Assembly (NCBI RefSeq): GCF_000195955.2
Contig: NC_000962.3
Location: 3,120,001-3,152,000, forward strand
Direction: 5' to 3'
DNA from: Mycobacterium tuberculosis H37Rv
Lineage (GTDB): Bacteria; Actinomycetota; Actinomycetes; Mycobacteriales; Mycobacteriaceae
DNA length: 32,000 nucleotides
The notes under the pieces are model-generated. The model was given only the letters and a program-made list of their open reading frames with translations. It was not told the DNA's origin and did not search any database. Position 1 is the first letter of the stretch; every line of letters begins with the position of its first letter. Position numbers and translations under genes: made by a program. Of the stretch, positions 8,273-16,619 are shown one piece after another.

Positions 8273-8963
8273 GGTTTAGCTTCTCCAGCAGAGAACCGTC
8301 GAGGGCGCCGACTGCGGCGCGGGCTTTCAGGTTGCTGAACTTGACCTGCCCGTAGCCACGGGTTCCGCTGCCGCCGAGGTAGTCGAGTTCGAGCAACTTC
8401 AGGCCGCGCGCGATGGCGTTGAAGTCCTCGATGATCTCATCGGAGGAAGGCAGAGACGCCTTCTGTTCCTCGCCGGGGGTGCCGAAGGAGACCTCGTAGA
8501 CAAGTGAGAACGCGAACTCGCTGCCGGGGATCACGCGTTCCATCTGGCGAAGGTTTGCCTTTGCGGTCACCCGGTTGATGGCGTTCTCGAATTTCACCTC
8601 GGTGAGAGTCTTAGCGCCGCGGGCTTCGAGGTCGTCTTTGTTGGTGAGCTTCGTGTCGCGGAAGACGAGTCGGCCCGTCATGTACTCCTCGGTGTCGCCG
8701 AAAAGCCGACGGATATGGGCGTGGTCCTCATTCGGCTTCCTGTAAAACGTTTCTGTGTCGGCGCCGTATTGGCGGGACAGCAAGGTGCGGACCTTGCCCT
8801 TCAGGCTGGTACCCGGAATCATCGGCAGCCTGCTCAGCGGATCACGAACGACAGGCTTGTCGACCGCGCCGATGGCGGAGAAGCCATCGCCGGCCCCGAT
8901 CTGCAGGCCCGTCAGGACGGTCAGTGTCCCGGTTATCTCGATCTTGGCGTAGCTCGTAGTCAT
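8253..8963 (-). CDS. csm3: Type III-A backbone RAMP protein Csm3
   Basis: 236 aa, [18 protein letters not shown]...[28 protein letters not shown]...[14 protein letters not shown]. Strong Csm3 signature. Confidence 0.95.
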
Positions 8964-8972
8964 TGGGTTGTC

Positions 8973-9347
8973 TCACTTGTCCTTCGGATCGAGGTACTTC
9001 TTGTATGCGGCTAGGGCTTCCATGTACCGGCAGAATCGCAGCAGCCCGTCGCGGCTATCGCCTATCCCTTCCAGCGCTTCTAGGAGTTTCGCGTTTCGGA
9101 CGAATGTCTTAACCGCGTCTTCACGCCCGGACTGGTAGACGAACCGGACCCGCAGGTACTGGACCTTCTCCTTCAGCTGACGCGGGAGCGTGGGGTTGGC
9201 GCTCTGCTGCGCCTCGTCGAAGAGCTGTGCGGTCAGGCTGAGTAGCACCCGCAGCTGGGTTGTGGTCAGCTCGAAGCCGTTCTTTTTCTTTGGCAGGCCG
9301 CGAATTACTTCGGCCTGTTTCACATAGTCGTCTTGGATGACGCTCAT
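8973..9347 (-). CDS. csm2: Type III-A small subunit Csm2
   Basis: 124 aa from MSVIQDDYVKQAEVIRGLPKK. ATGA overlap with cas10 (9344-9347). Confidence 0.9.
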   Translation of the reverse strand: MSVIQDDYVKQAEVIRGLPKKKNGFELTTTQLRVLLSLTAQLFDEAQQSANPTLPRQLKEKVQYLRVRFVYQSGREDAVKTFVRNAKLLEALEGIGDSRDGLLRFCRYMEALAAYKKYLDPKDK

Positions 9348-11773
9348 TCGGACTCCTCCTTGCGAGTGCGATAGATGTAGAGGTGCAGCGCGGTCTTGAG
9401 TTGCTTGGCGTCTGTCGGATCTTGGAACCATTGGTGTAGCCGGTTAGCAAACTGCTGAAAAGGCGCTGTGTCACCGGTGGGGTTACGCATGCGCGTGAGG
9501 AAGTACACCCATCTGGCCTTTGTGATTCGATCGTCGCGTTCGGCGAGTAGTTCGAGCAGCTTGTAGATGAAGGCCATGCCGCGTTCTTCGTTGCCACTGA
9601 AATAGTCGGCGATGTGCCGGTACTTCTCCTCGATCACCTTGCTGAGCAGCTCATCCCAGCCGAAGGTGAACTCGCGATCGAAGAGTGCAACCCCGTTCTT
9701 GCCGGGCAGCGACTTCGCCGCGTCTTCGAGATCTCCGACTTCGCGGGCCATCACGGAGATGGGGTACTTGTCGGGGAACATGCCGATGCCAGCCGACACG
9801 GTGAGTTTGCCCTGGGTGAATTCGTGGAACCGCTCCCGAAGCTCGATCCCGAACTCGATGACGTCGTCCCACGCGCCCACGACGAAGACGTCATCGCCAC
9901 CGGAGTAGATGATCGTGGCCTCGCGGGGCCGCGCCGGGTCATCGCCGGTGATCGGGCGCAGTTTCGGGCGTGCCAACACGTAGTTGATGTGCTGCCGGAA
10001 GAACAACGACAGCATCCGGGAGAACGCGGCCGTGCGGCTAATCGTGTTGAACTTGCCGTTGCCTTGCTCCATGAAGCCGTGCGTGAATGCCTGGCCCAGG
10101 TTATCGACGTCAAGGCGCAGAACCCCGAGGCGCGCGATTCCGCTCGCACGCTTCACGTAGTCACCGAACTCCATCTGTGCGACGTAGTCGCCCACCCAGA
10201 GCCCGGTGCCCAAACACTCGCCGGCGAAGAACTTGTTCTTCGCGTACCGCCTTCGGGTTTGGGGTTGCTGGAGTGCCTTATCGGCGTCGGCTCGGCTACA
10301 GAACGTGAGTGTGGCGCCGAACGGCAGGGGCAGACCTTTGGTGGCGCCGTCAGAGATGAGTAGGAAGCGGCGAGACTCGGATTGAATCTGCGAAGACGCA
10401 GCGGTCAGCGCTTGGCACAGGCTGCACTTTGGCTCGTCGTCGGCGCTGACCGTGCGGTTGACCGTGTGGCACACGCTGCATTCCCGGTCACCTTTCTGAC
10501 CGTCGTGATCGCGCGAGTTGAGTTCCCGCAGTTGGTCAGCGCTGTATCGGGCGAGCTTCTTCGCGGAAAGTTGCTCGCTCAACTCACGGTAGAGCCCGCT
10601 GTAGCGGAGGGCGCGGTTACTTGCCTGGCTCGCACTCTCGTTCGGCCGACGCATCAGGTCGTTCGCGGCAAGCGGTACGCTGCCCGTGGCGATGAAGAGC
10701 CGGGTTGCGAAGTTTTCCAGCAGCCAGTCGTTGGCCTCACGCTCGAACTGTTCGACGGATTTCCGCGCGGACTCCGTGTTGGGCAGCAGCAGGTACGCGT
10801 GCCCGCCGCCGGAGTAGTTGAGATTCGCGCGGCTGAGACCCACCCGCGCAAGTAGCTCGTCGATGAGATGCTCGGTCAGCATCTCCAGGTAGAAGCTGCG
10901 GGCACGCAGCATCTTCGCGGCACCCGAGGAATGGATCGTGTAGATGAAGTCCTGGATGCCTGAGACGTCGAAAGTTGTGAGCAGGAAGGCTTTTTCGTTG
11001 TAGAAGGTGTCCTGCTTGTCGAACAGCGCTGACTTGAAGTCGCTTTGTCCGGTGGCTTGTAGGTAGTGCCAGATGCAGGCGCCGAGCGCACCCGTCAGCT
11101 TCAGGTGGTCGAAGAGTGAGACGTCGACGACCTCGGACGCGTCGGTCGAGGACGGCACGAACGACAGCGTCGCCTCGAGGACGTTGAGGAGGCTGGCGAG
11201 GTAGGTGTCGGAACGTTCGAGGTCGACCAGAATGGCTTTAAGTTTGTTGACGATGGCGGCGTAGCGGTCCTTGTCGAATTCGATCCGGCGTGGCGACGGT
11301 ATATTGATCGGCTTGCGGTCGTCGAGCATCTCCGGGGCAAATGCCAGATTCGCTGTGCCGGAGCCGAATCGGTTGAACATCGAATACAGGGGCGTGTCCG
11401 GATCCCAAGTGCTCGCACCATGGCCGTCGTCGGAGTCGGCCTTGCGGCGGTCGGTTCCGGCCGCGATATTGTAGGCGATGTAGGCCGGCGCATCGGCGGC
11501 AAGGCGGCCATTCTCGGCCGCCGTACGCAGCGCAGAACTGTGGTGATAGCTGATCGCGTCGAGAATGCGGCGGTCGGAGACCCCAATGTCAGCCTCATCC
11601 ACCTCGTCGGTGAACTGCGACGGATTGCGGCTGTCGCGCAACCACACCTTCTTCATAAAAGCGCGGCCAATCGCACTGTGCCTGCCCGGGTAGCCGAGCG
11701 CCGCGCGCTGGACCGGTTTGCCAATGTCGTGCAAGAGGCAGCCGATTATGGCCTCGATGAGTTGCGGGTTCAT
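9344..11773 (-). CDS. csm1: Cas10/Csm1 (HD + Palm/cyclase, type III-A)
   Basis: 809 aa from MNPQLIEAIIGCLLHDIGKPVQRAA. HD motif at 11717-11731, CxxC zinc-finger cysteines (CSVCHTV...CSLCQAL) and SGGDD cyclase motif at 9890-9904. The longer track ORF (to 12358) is antisense spill into cas6. Confidence 0.96.
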   Translation of the reverse strand: MNPQLIEAIIGCLLHDIGKPVQRAALGYPGRHSAIGRAFMKKVWLRDSRNPSQFTDEVDEADIGVSDRRILDAISYHHSSALRTAAENGRLAADAPAYIAYNIAAGTDRRKADSDDGHGASTWDPDTPLYSMFNRFGSGTANLAFAPEMLDDRKPINIPSPRRIEFDKDRYAAIVNKLKAILVDLERSDTYLASLLNVLEATLSFVPSSTDASEVVDVSLFDHLKLTGALGACIWHYLQATGQSDFKSALFDKQDTFYNEKAFLLTTFDVSGIQDFIYTIHSSGAAKMLRARSFYLEMLTEHLIDELLARVGLSRANLNYSGGGHAYLLLPNTESARKSVEQFEREANDWLLENFATRLFIATGSVPLAANDLMRRPNESASQASNRALRYSGLYRELSEQLSAKKLARYSADQLRELNSRDHDGQKGDRECSVCHTVNRTVSADDEPKCSLCQALTAASSQIQSESRRFLLISDGATKGLPLPFGATLTFCSRADADKALQQPQTRRRYAKNKFFAGECLGTGLWVGDYVAQMEFGDYVKRASGIARLGVLRLDVDNLGQAFTHGFMEQGNGKFNTISRTAAFSRMLSLFFRQHINYVLARPKLRPITGDDPARPREATIIYSGGDDVFVVGAWDDVIEFGIELRERFHEFTQGKLTVSAGIGMFPDKYPISVMAREVGDLEDAAKSLPGKNGVALFDREFTFGWDELLSKVIEEKYRHIADYFSGNEERGMAFIYKLLELLAERDDRITKARWVYFLTRMRNPTGDTAPFQQFANRLHQWFQDPTDAKQLKTALHLYIYRTRKEESE

Positions 11774-12558
11774 GGCTTCGGTACGCATTTTTCCCTCGGT
11801 GCCAGTGGCTGGACCCGGATCGCGCCCATCCCCATGGATGCCTTTATTCCGCATCCCGAGAACTCCCCGAACCACAACAGCGCCGCGATATAGCTCGCAA
11901 AAGTATCCACACCGCGGACGGTGAACGTGGCCGAGCCGGTGAAGCCGGGAACACGCGCCGCGCCCACCGCGAACGGGGCCGACGCCACCCGGAACGCGGA
12001 GAGGCGAACCGACTGACCGAATTCGGCGATGAGGCCAGGATCGGGCTCTTCGCCGTCGACAATTGCACCGTACTTCTGCGCGAGACTCTGAAACACGAGC
12101 CGCGGATCCGGCCAGAACACGTACTCGCCGGATTGCTTGAATGCGGTAGGCGTCAGGAACTCGACCCGGAACTTGCGCGTCTCGGGCCGCGCGTAGAAAA
12201 TGCGCGCGAATTGACTTAGCGGGTTCTGCTCCAGCGATCGCGACGTGACCTGTGTCGCTATCCCGCTCGCACGGAGCCGAAAACCCGCAAACGCCGCGTC
12301 GTTGATAGGTCCGACGATCTGCTGCCGCGCCTCGTTCGTCAGCGTGCTGATCTTCCACTCCAAAGATGTGGTCGAGCGGGCCAGCGCGTACTGACTGTAC
12401 GGGTTCACCGGCACGGTGTGGAGGGTCTGCACATAATCGGCCGGGATCGACTCCATGAGGACGCCATGAAGATGCGGCCCCAGGGTCGCCACCCTCGCGC
12501 GTTCGAGCGGGGCATCAACCTCTAGAGTCAGCGTCAATCGCGACAAGTGTTCCGTCAT
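11770..12558 (-). CDS. cas6: Cas6 crRNA-processing endoribonuclease
   Basis: 262 aa from MTEHLSRLTLTLEVDAPLERARVATLGPHLHGVLM, ending in FTGSATFTVRG...ALLWFGEFSGCGIKASMGMGAIRV (G-rich loop). ATGA overlap with cas10. The track ORF begins 52 codons upstream at 12714. Confidence 0.9.
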   Translation of the reverse strand: MTEHLSRLTLTLEVDAPLERARVATLGPHLHGVLMESIPADYVQTLHTVPVNPYSQYALARSTTSLEWKISTLTNEARQQIVGPINDAAFAGFRLRASGIATQVTSRSLEQNPLSQFARIFYARPETRKFRVEFLTPTAFKQSGEYVFWPDPRLVFQSLAQKYGAIVDGEEPDPGLIAEFGQSVRLSAFRVASAPFAVGAARVPGFTGSATFTVRGVDTFASYIAALLWFGEFSGCGIKASMGMGAIRVQPLAPREKCVPKP

Positions 12559-12614
12559 CCGGCGATCTCCTCGGTGAGAAAAGCCCACCAGAATAAGCGT
12601 TGGTGAAATCCAGG

Positions 12615-12870
12615 TCAAGCCTGATTCCGCCGCACTCGCGCGATGTCGGCCTCGGGGCTGGCCACTCCGACGTAGCAGATCCGTCCTTCTGATGCCGCCT
12701 CGGCGAGCAGCCAAGGGATGGCTTCCTAACGAGCCGGGGTTGTAGCGGTGGGCGCCGGCCGCGCGGAGGATGGCGCCGCCAATGCTGCTGTTGCCCGCGC
12801 CGTCAATTGACGCCAGCAGGGACCGAACCGACAGCAGATCACTCGCAGCGCCGACTGGGCGTACAGCTCA
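12615..12870 (-). pseudogene. Possible decayed coding remnant between cas6 and the DUF1802-like gene
   Basis: Two minus-strand open segments in different frames read like protein: ...DLLSVRSLLASIDGAGNSSIGGAILRAAGAHRYNPGS... and EAIPWLLAEAASEGRICYVGVASPEADIARVRRNQA*. Family not recognised. Confidence 0.3.
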
Positions 12871-12891
12871 GACCCAAGCGATGCCGCCCAG

Positions 12892-13455
12892 TCAACCCAC
12901 GGCCTCGCGGACCCGGGCGGCGACCTCGGCCAGCGCGGCCTCGTCGTGCACCGGCGCCGCCAACGTCGGCGTCACCGGCAGCTGCACCCAGCTGGTGCAA
13001 CCGCCGTACTCGGGCCTACGCGCCAGCCGGACCGGCTCGGCCAGCGGGATCGCCGAGACCACCAAGACGGCCAGTTTGTGCTTGGGCCGAAAGTCGAGCC
13101 GGTCGGCGCGCACCGACTCGGCGGTCCAGATGTGCAGATCCTCGATGGCGTCCAGACCCTCTGGCCGGTTAACCGGCAGTGCGGCAACAACTTTCGCTGC
13201 GGCCCGCAGTAGCACACACTCGTCGGTGCTGTCGGCGGCCGCCGGGCCCAGCAGGTCGCGGTGCTCGGGGCGAACCCGCTCGGCGTGGCTGTGCGCGACC
13301 GTCGGGAACAACAAGAACTCGTGGGCCGCCACCTCGAAGCGCTTCTCGCCGATCCCGCCCTTACGCAGCAGCACCGTCTGCCGGCCGTCCAGCAGCGCGT
13401 GCACCGCCGCGCTCCACTCCTTCAGCGCTGGCGTCACCACGATCCCGCGAGCCGG
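12892..13455. repeat. Direct repeat copy 1 of ~564 bp
   Basis: Aligns without gaps to 15788-16351 (offset 2896). I count about 8 mismatches, ~98.6% identity. Confidence 0.93.
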
Positions 13456-13539
13456 ACCGATGTCCGAATGACGCCAGCACCGCAGGGTTCCGAGGGGACG
13501 CCGATCATCTCCGAGACGTTTTGCCCCGGGCAGTTTCAT
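12892..13539 (-). CDS. DUF1802-like protein, copy 1 (Rv2825c-like)
   Basis: 215 aa from MKLPGAKRLGDDRRP. From VTPALKEWSAAVHALLDGRQTVLLRKGGIGEKRF onward it is almost identical to the product of 15788-16333. Confidence 0.75.
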   Translation of the reverse strand: MKLPGAKRLGDDRRPLGTLRCWRHSDIGPARGIVVTPALKEWSAAVHALLDGRQTVLLRKGGIGEKRFEVAAHEFLLFPTVAHSHAERVRPEHRDLLGPAAADSTDECVLLRAAAKVVAALPVNRPEGLDAIEDLHIWTAESVRADRLDFRPKHKLAVLVVSAIPLAEPVRLARRPEYGGCTSWVQLPVTPTLAAPVHDEAALAEVAARVREAVG

Positions 13540-13708
13540 TGGTCCTGCTGAATCAGGCCGGTCATCCAGTGCATCCAATAGTGATGACAGTACTCGTGTC
13601 TTGCTCACCACCACAGCCGGATTCGTGCCCAACTGCTCTCATCTAGTCGATTCAGCCGCGTCCAGCCGCAACCGTGCCAGCGGAACGGCACGATCGCCGG
13701 CAGGTTGA

Positions 13709-14599
13709 TCAGGACCGCAGCACCGCCAGCGCGTTCTCCACTTCGCGGCGGTGCCGTTCGTCGCAGGCGGCCCACCGCTGCTCGTCGGCGTCGAGGTCAG
13801 TGAGGAACGCAAATCGCTTCCGAACGCGAGCTTCCCAGGCAGCCATAGCGACAGGACGGGTCAGCACGCCGATCGAGTCGGGCTGGAAGTCGTGCTCGCT
13901 GCGGGCGGCGAGGACGTCTTCGACGCGTAGTGGCCGGGTGCCGCGCCGGTCATCGACGACATCACCCCACACCTTGAGCACCCACAGCCGCCGCACGAGC
14001 GGTTCGTCAATCGTTCGCGAGGCGAAGTGGTTCAGGTCGTACAGGTCCCGTGCCAGCGCAACGCGGCGGTACCGCGCGAGTTTCTCTGCGCAGGCTTCCG
14101 CTTCTGCCACGACCGGCAGTGTCGGCAGCCCAAAACCGTAAGCCTTATGGATCGGCAACTGGATGAATGCGAGCAGCTCAGACGGCAAAGCCAACGGCCG
14201 CCGTGCGAACTCGACGCTGGCGACGATCCGGGGCTCGCCCAATTCCGTGTGCCGCACCCGCAACTGCCAATGCCGGCCGTCGCCTCGTGTGCTCTGCACG
14301 CCGAATTCGAAGCCGCCGACACGGGCGCCGTCGATCAGCTCGCACACCTCCAGCACGACCTCATCGTCGGGCGCGCTGAAGTCCAGATCAGTGGAGAACC
14401 GCCCGACGTTGCCCAGCCGGCACTTCCGTAAGCTGGTACCGCCTTTGAACACCAGGCGGTTATCGCCGAACTGGACGGTCTGCGACAGCAGGTACAGCAG
14501 GTGGTCCTGGGCGACGTCGAGCAGAGCGGCGTCGTATGCCTCGGCCCGACCAAGAGCGTGACGCGCAACGAGCGCACGGGTCAGACCGGCCACAGTCAC
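13709..14599 (-). CDS. menT4: Nucleotidyltransferase toxin, AbiEii/MenT4-like (Rv2826c-like)
   Basis: 296 codons from the GTG. Contains LVFKGGTSLRKCRLGNVGRFSTDLDFSA (AbiEii nucleotidyltransferase motif). GTGA overlap with the upstream antitoxin gene. Confidence 0.85.
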   Translation of the reverse strand: MTVAGLTRALVARHALGRAEAYDAALLDVAQDHLLYLLSQTVQFGDNRLVFKGGTSLRKCRLGNVGRFSTDLDFSAPDDEVVLEVCELIDGARVGGFEFGVQSTRGDGRHWQLRVRHTELGEPRIVASVEFARRPLALPSELLAFIQLPIHKAYGFGLPTLPVVAEAEACAEKLARYRRVALARDLYDLNHFASRTIDEPLVRRLWVLKVWGDVVDDRRGTRPLRVEDVLAARSEHDFQPDSIGVLTRPVAMAAWEARVRKRFAFLTDLDADEQRWAACDERHRREVENALAVLRS

Positions 14600-15498
14600 G
14601 CCTTGCCGATCACGCGCAGCAGCGGTACGACGAGCTCGTCGACAAGCTGATACTCGGGAGCCCAGACACTCTCGCCACGGTCGCGGCTGTGCGCGGTGGT
14701 GAATCGAGTCACCGGCATCACTTCGGTGTGCCGCTTGGCCAGCAGCGCCTGGCCTCGTGCCGGTTCACCGCCCGAGTCCAGCAGGTAGCTTGCACGCTGC
14801 CAGGCCGATGTCGGCCGGCCCGACAGTAGACGCTCCAGGCGCTCGTCACTGCAGTCGGCGACGAGGTCGTCAAGGTGGGGGACAAGGTCGGCCCACGGCC
14901 CGAACGAGGCCGGGCGCGTGGCGATTTGCACAAGTAATGCTTCTGGTCCTAGCGCCGGTAACCCGGTCGCCCACGCGACGAGGTCGAGCCGCCGCCGGAC
15001 CAGCAACGCGGGACGCGGAGCCAGCAGTGCGGTGTCCGCCGCGTTCCAGGGGATGCGCACGACGGACACATACGATGCTAGGCCGTCGGGCAGCCTTTTG
15101 GCCGGCGGCAGCCAGATCGGGATGCGGCCGTCGGGTTGGCGGTCCAGGTATCCGAGGTGCCACGCTGCGGATGCACCGGCCAGCATGAAGCCCGCGTTCT
15201 GGTCACGGGCCAGCCACGAGCGCAGCGGTAGATACGGGTCCGAGATGGCGGCCTCGCCGGGGGGAATGAATGCCCAGGTGCCTTTCACCGGCAGTTGGAC
15301 CAGCCACCCAATGCGGCGCAGTTCGCGGATGGCGGAGTCGGGGTCGCGTCCACACCCAGCCTCTGTAAGCCGTTGCGTCAGATCCTCTTTCGTGACGACT
15401 ACGGGCCGATCGCGAGCGAGGCCGGACACCACCCGTGACGCCCACGTGGGGATGCGCCGATCGGCGCCGGCTGGGCTCACCACCGAACTTGAATTCAC
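14596..15498 (-). CDS. menA4: AbiEi-family antitoxin / transcriptional regulator, MenA4-like (Rv2827c-like)
   Basis: Protein has RIPTWASRVVSGLARDRPVVVTKEDLTQRLTEAGCGRDPDSAIRELRRIGWLVQLPVKGTWAFIPP, an AbiEi winged-helix N-terminus. GTG at 15498 sits 3-5 nt from the predicted transcription start. An alternative annotated start at 15483 is possible. Confidence 0.8.
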   Translation of the reverse strand: MNSSSVVSPAGADRRIPTWASRVVSGLARDRPVVVTKEDLTQRLTEAGCGRDPDSAIRELRRIGWLVQLPVKGTWAFIPPGEAAISDPYLPLRSWLARDQNAGFMLAGASAAWHLGYLDRQPDGRIPIWLPPAKRLPDGLASYVSVVRIPWNAADTALLAPRPALLVRRRLDLVAWATGLPALGPEALLVQIATRPASFGPWADLVPHLDDLVADCSDERLERLLSGRPTSAWQRASYLLDSGGEPARGQALLAKRHTEVMPVTRFTTAHSRDRGESVWAPEYQLVDELVVPLLRVIGKA

Positions 15499-15508
15499 AC
15501 CGGAAACT

Positions 15509-15537
15509 ATACTATATCTGTACGCAACAATGTTCAA
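15509..15537 (-). promoter_or_regulatory. Candidate promoter of the menA4-menT4 operon
   Basis: Minus strand TTGAAC (15532-15537), 17 bp, TAGTAT (15509-15514), with GTG at 15498. Consistent with a leaderless mycobacterial transcript. Confidence 0.55.
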
Positions 15538-15548
15538 ACTCAAGAAAT

Positions 15549-15609
15549 CACTTGATTTAGGAACGGGCTTCGGTCAGTGACAGTACGAAACCCGTTCCAA
15601 ACTCAAGTG
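15549..15609. promoter_or_regulatory. 24-bp imperfect inverted repeat upstream of menA4 (candidate operator)
   Basis: CACTTGATTTAGGAACGGGCTTCG (15549-15572) and CGAAACCCGTTCCAAACTCAAGTG (15586-15609): 21/24 complementary, 13-nt centre. Confidence 0.6.
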
Positions 15610-15787
15610 CCCTGTACGGGCTGGCGGCGATGCGGTGCAACGGCGAGAGACAAAACGCGCTTCGCGGACGACCGGCCGACGCGCCGGAGAGTCGCCAAGA
15701 ACGTCACCCCTGAAATCAAGTGGGACCAGGATGCACTGACGCGTTGCTCGGACCAGTCACCCAGGCGATGCGCCTCGGCTCAAAAAC

Positions 15788-16333
15788 TCAACCCACGGCC
15801 TCGCGGACCCGGGCGGCGACCTCGGCCAGCGCGGCCTCGTCGTGCACCGGCGCCGCCAACGTCGGCGTCACCGGCAGCTGCACCCAGCTGGTGCAACCGC
15901 CGTACTCGGGCGTACGCGCCAGCCGGACCGGCTCGGCCAGCGGGATCGCCGAGACCACCAGCACGGCCAGCCGATGCTTGGGCCGAAAGTCGAGCCGGTC
16001 GGCGCGCACCGACTCGGCGGTCCAGATGTGCAGATCCTCGATGGCGTCCAGACCCTCTGGCCGGTTAACCGGCAGTGCGGCAACAACTTTCGCTGCGGCC
16101 CGCAGTAGCACACACTCGTCGGTGCTGTCGGCGGCCGCCGGGCCCAGCAGGTCGCGGTGCTCGGGGCGAACCCGCTCGGCGTGGCTGTGCGCGACCGTCG
16201 GGAACAACAAGAACTCGTGGGCCGCCACCTCGAAGCGCTTCTCGCCGATCCCGCCCTTACGCAGCAGCACCGTCTGCCGGCCGTCCAGCAGCGCGTGCAC
16301 CGCCGCGCTCCACTCCTTCAGCGCTGGCGTCAC
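15788..16333 (-). CDS. DUF1802-like protein, copy 2 (Rv2828c-like)
   Basis: 181 aa, GTG start, VTPALKEWSAAVHALLDGRQ...EVAARVREAVG. Near-identical to copy 1. Start overlaps the stop of the upstream DUF2277-like gene. Confidence 0.8.
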   Translation of the reverse strand: MTPALKEWSAAVHALLDGRQTVLLRKGGIGEKRFEVAAHEFLLFPTVAHSHAERVRPEHRDLLGPAAADSTDECVLLRAAAKVVAALPVNRPEGLDAIEDLHIWTAESVRADRLDFRPKHRLAVLVVSAIPLAEPVRLARTPEYGGCTSWVQLPVTPTLAAPVHDEAALAEVAARVREAVG

Positions 16334-16351
16334 CGCGATCCCGCGAGCCGG
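15788..16351. repeat. Direct repeat copy 2 of ~564 bp
   Basis: Pairs with 12892-13455. Confidence 0.93.
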
Positions 16352-16599
16352 GCAGCCACGTCGGGTCGGCGCAACGGCGGGACGGTCTTCGGCGGCTGCC
16401 GCCGGGGCGGCAGGGCGTCCAGCAACCGCGTCGTCGTCGCGGTCACCTCGGCGACGGCGGCCTCAAACGCCTCGGCGGTGGCCGCCGACGGGTGCGTGAT
16501 GCCACTGACCTTGCGCACATACTGGCGCGCCGCCGCCGCGATCTCGACGGGCGTGGCCGGGGGTTGCAGCCCGCGCAGTTCGGTGATGTTGCGGCACAT
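16330..16599 (-). CDS. DUF2277-like small protein
   Basis: 89 aa, MCRNITELRGLQPPATPVEIAAAARQYVRKVSGITHPSATAAEAFEAAVAEVTATTTRLLDALPP. MCRNI...QYVRKVSG is the DUF2277 signature. Confidence 0.85.
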   Translation of the reverse strand: MCRNITELRGLQPPATPVEIAAAARQYVRKVSGITHPSAATAEAFEAAVAEVTATTTRLLDALPPRRQPPKTVPPLRRPDVAARLAGSR

Positions 16600-16619
16600 G
16601 CCCTCAACGATAGGCGCGG

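Noticed and set aside
11774-12358. 195-codon N-terminal extension of Cas10 in the ORF track
   Set aside because: It overlaps cas6 in another frame. The HD domain begins right after ATG 11773, which forms the ATGA junction with cas6.
12559-12714. Extended N-terminus of Cas6 (MAARRGGIRRTDLLRRSGQ...)
   Set aside because: The composition is unlike Cas6, and MTEHLSRLTLTLEVDAP at 12558 is the natural start.
12770-13471. Plus-strand 233-aa ORF, and its twin at 15720-16499
   Set aside because: Antisense shadow of the high-GC DUF1802-like genes. Ser/Arg/Thr-rich with no recognisable domain.
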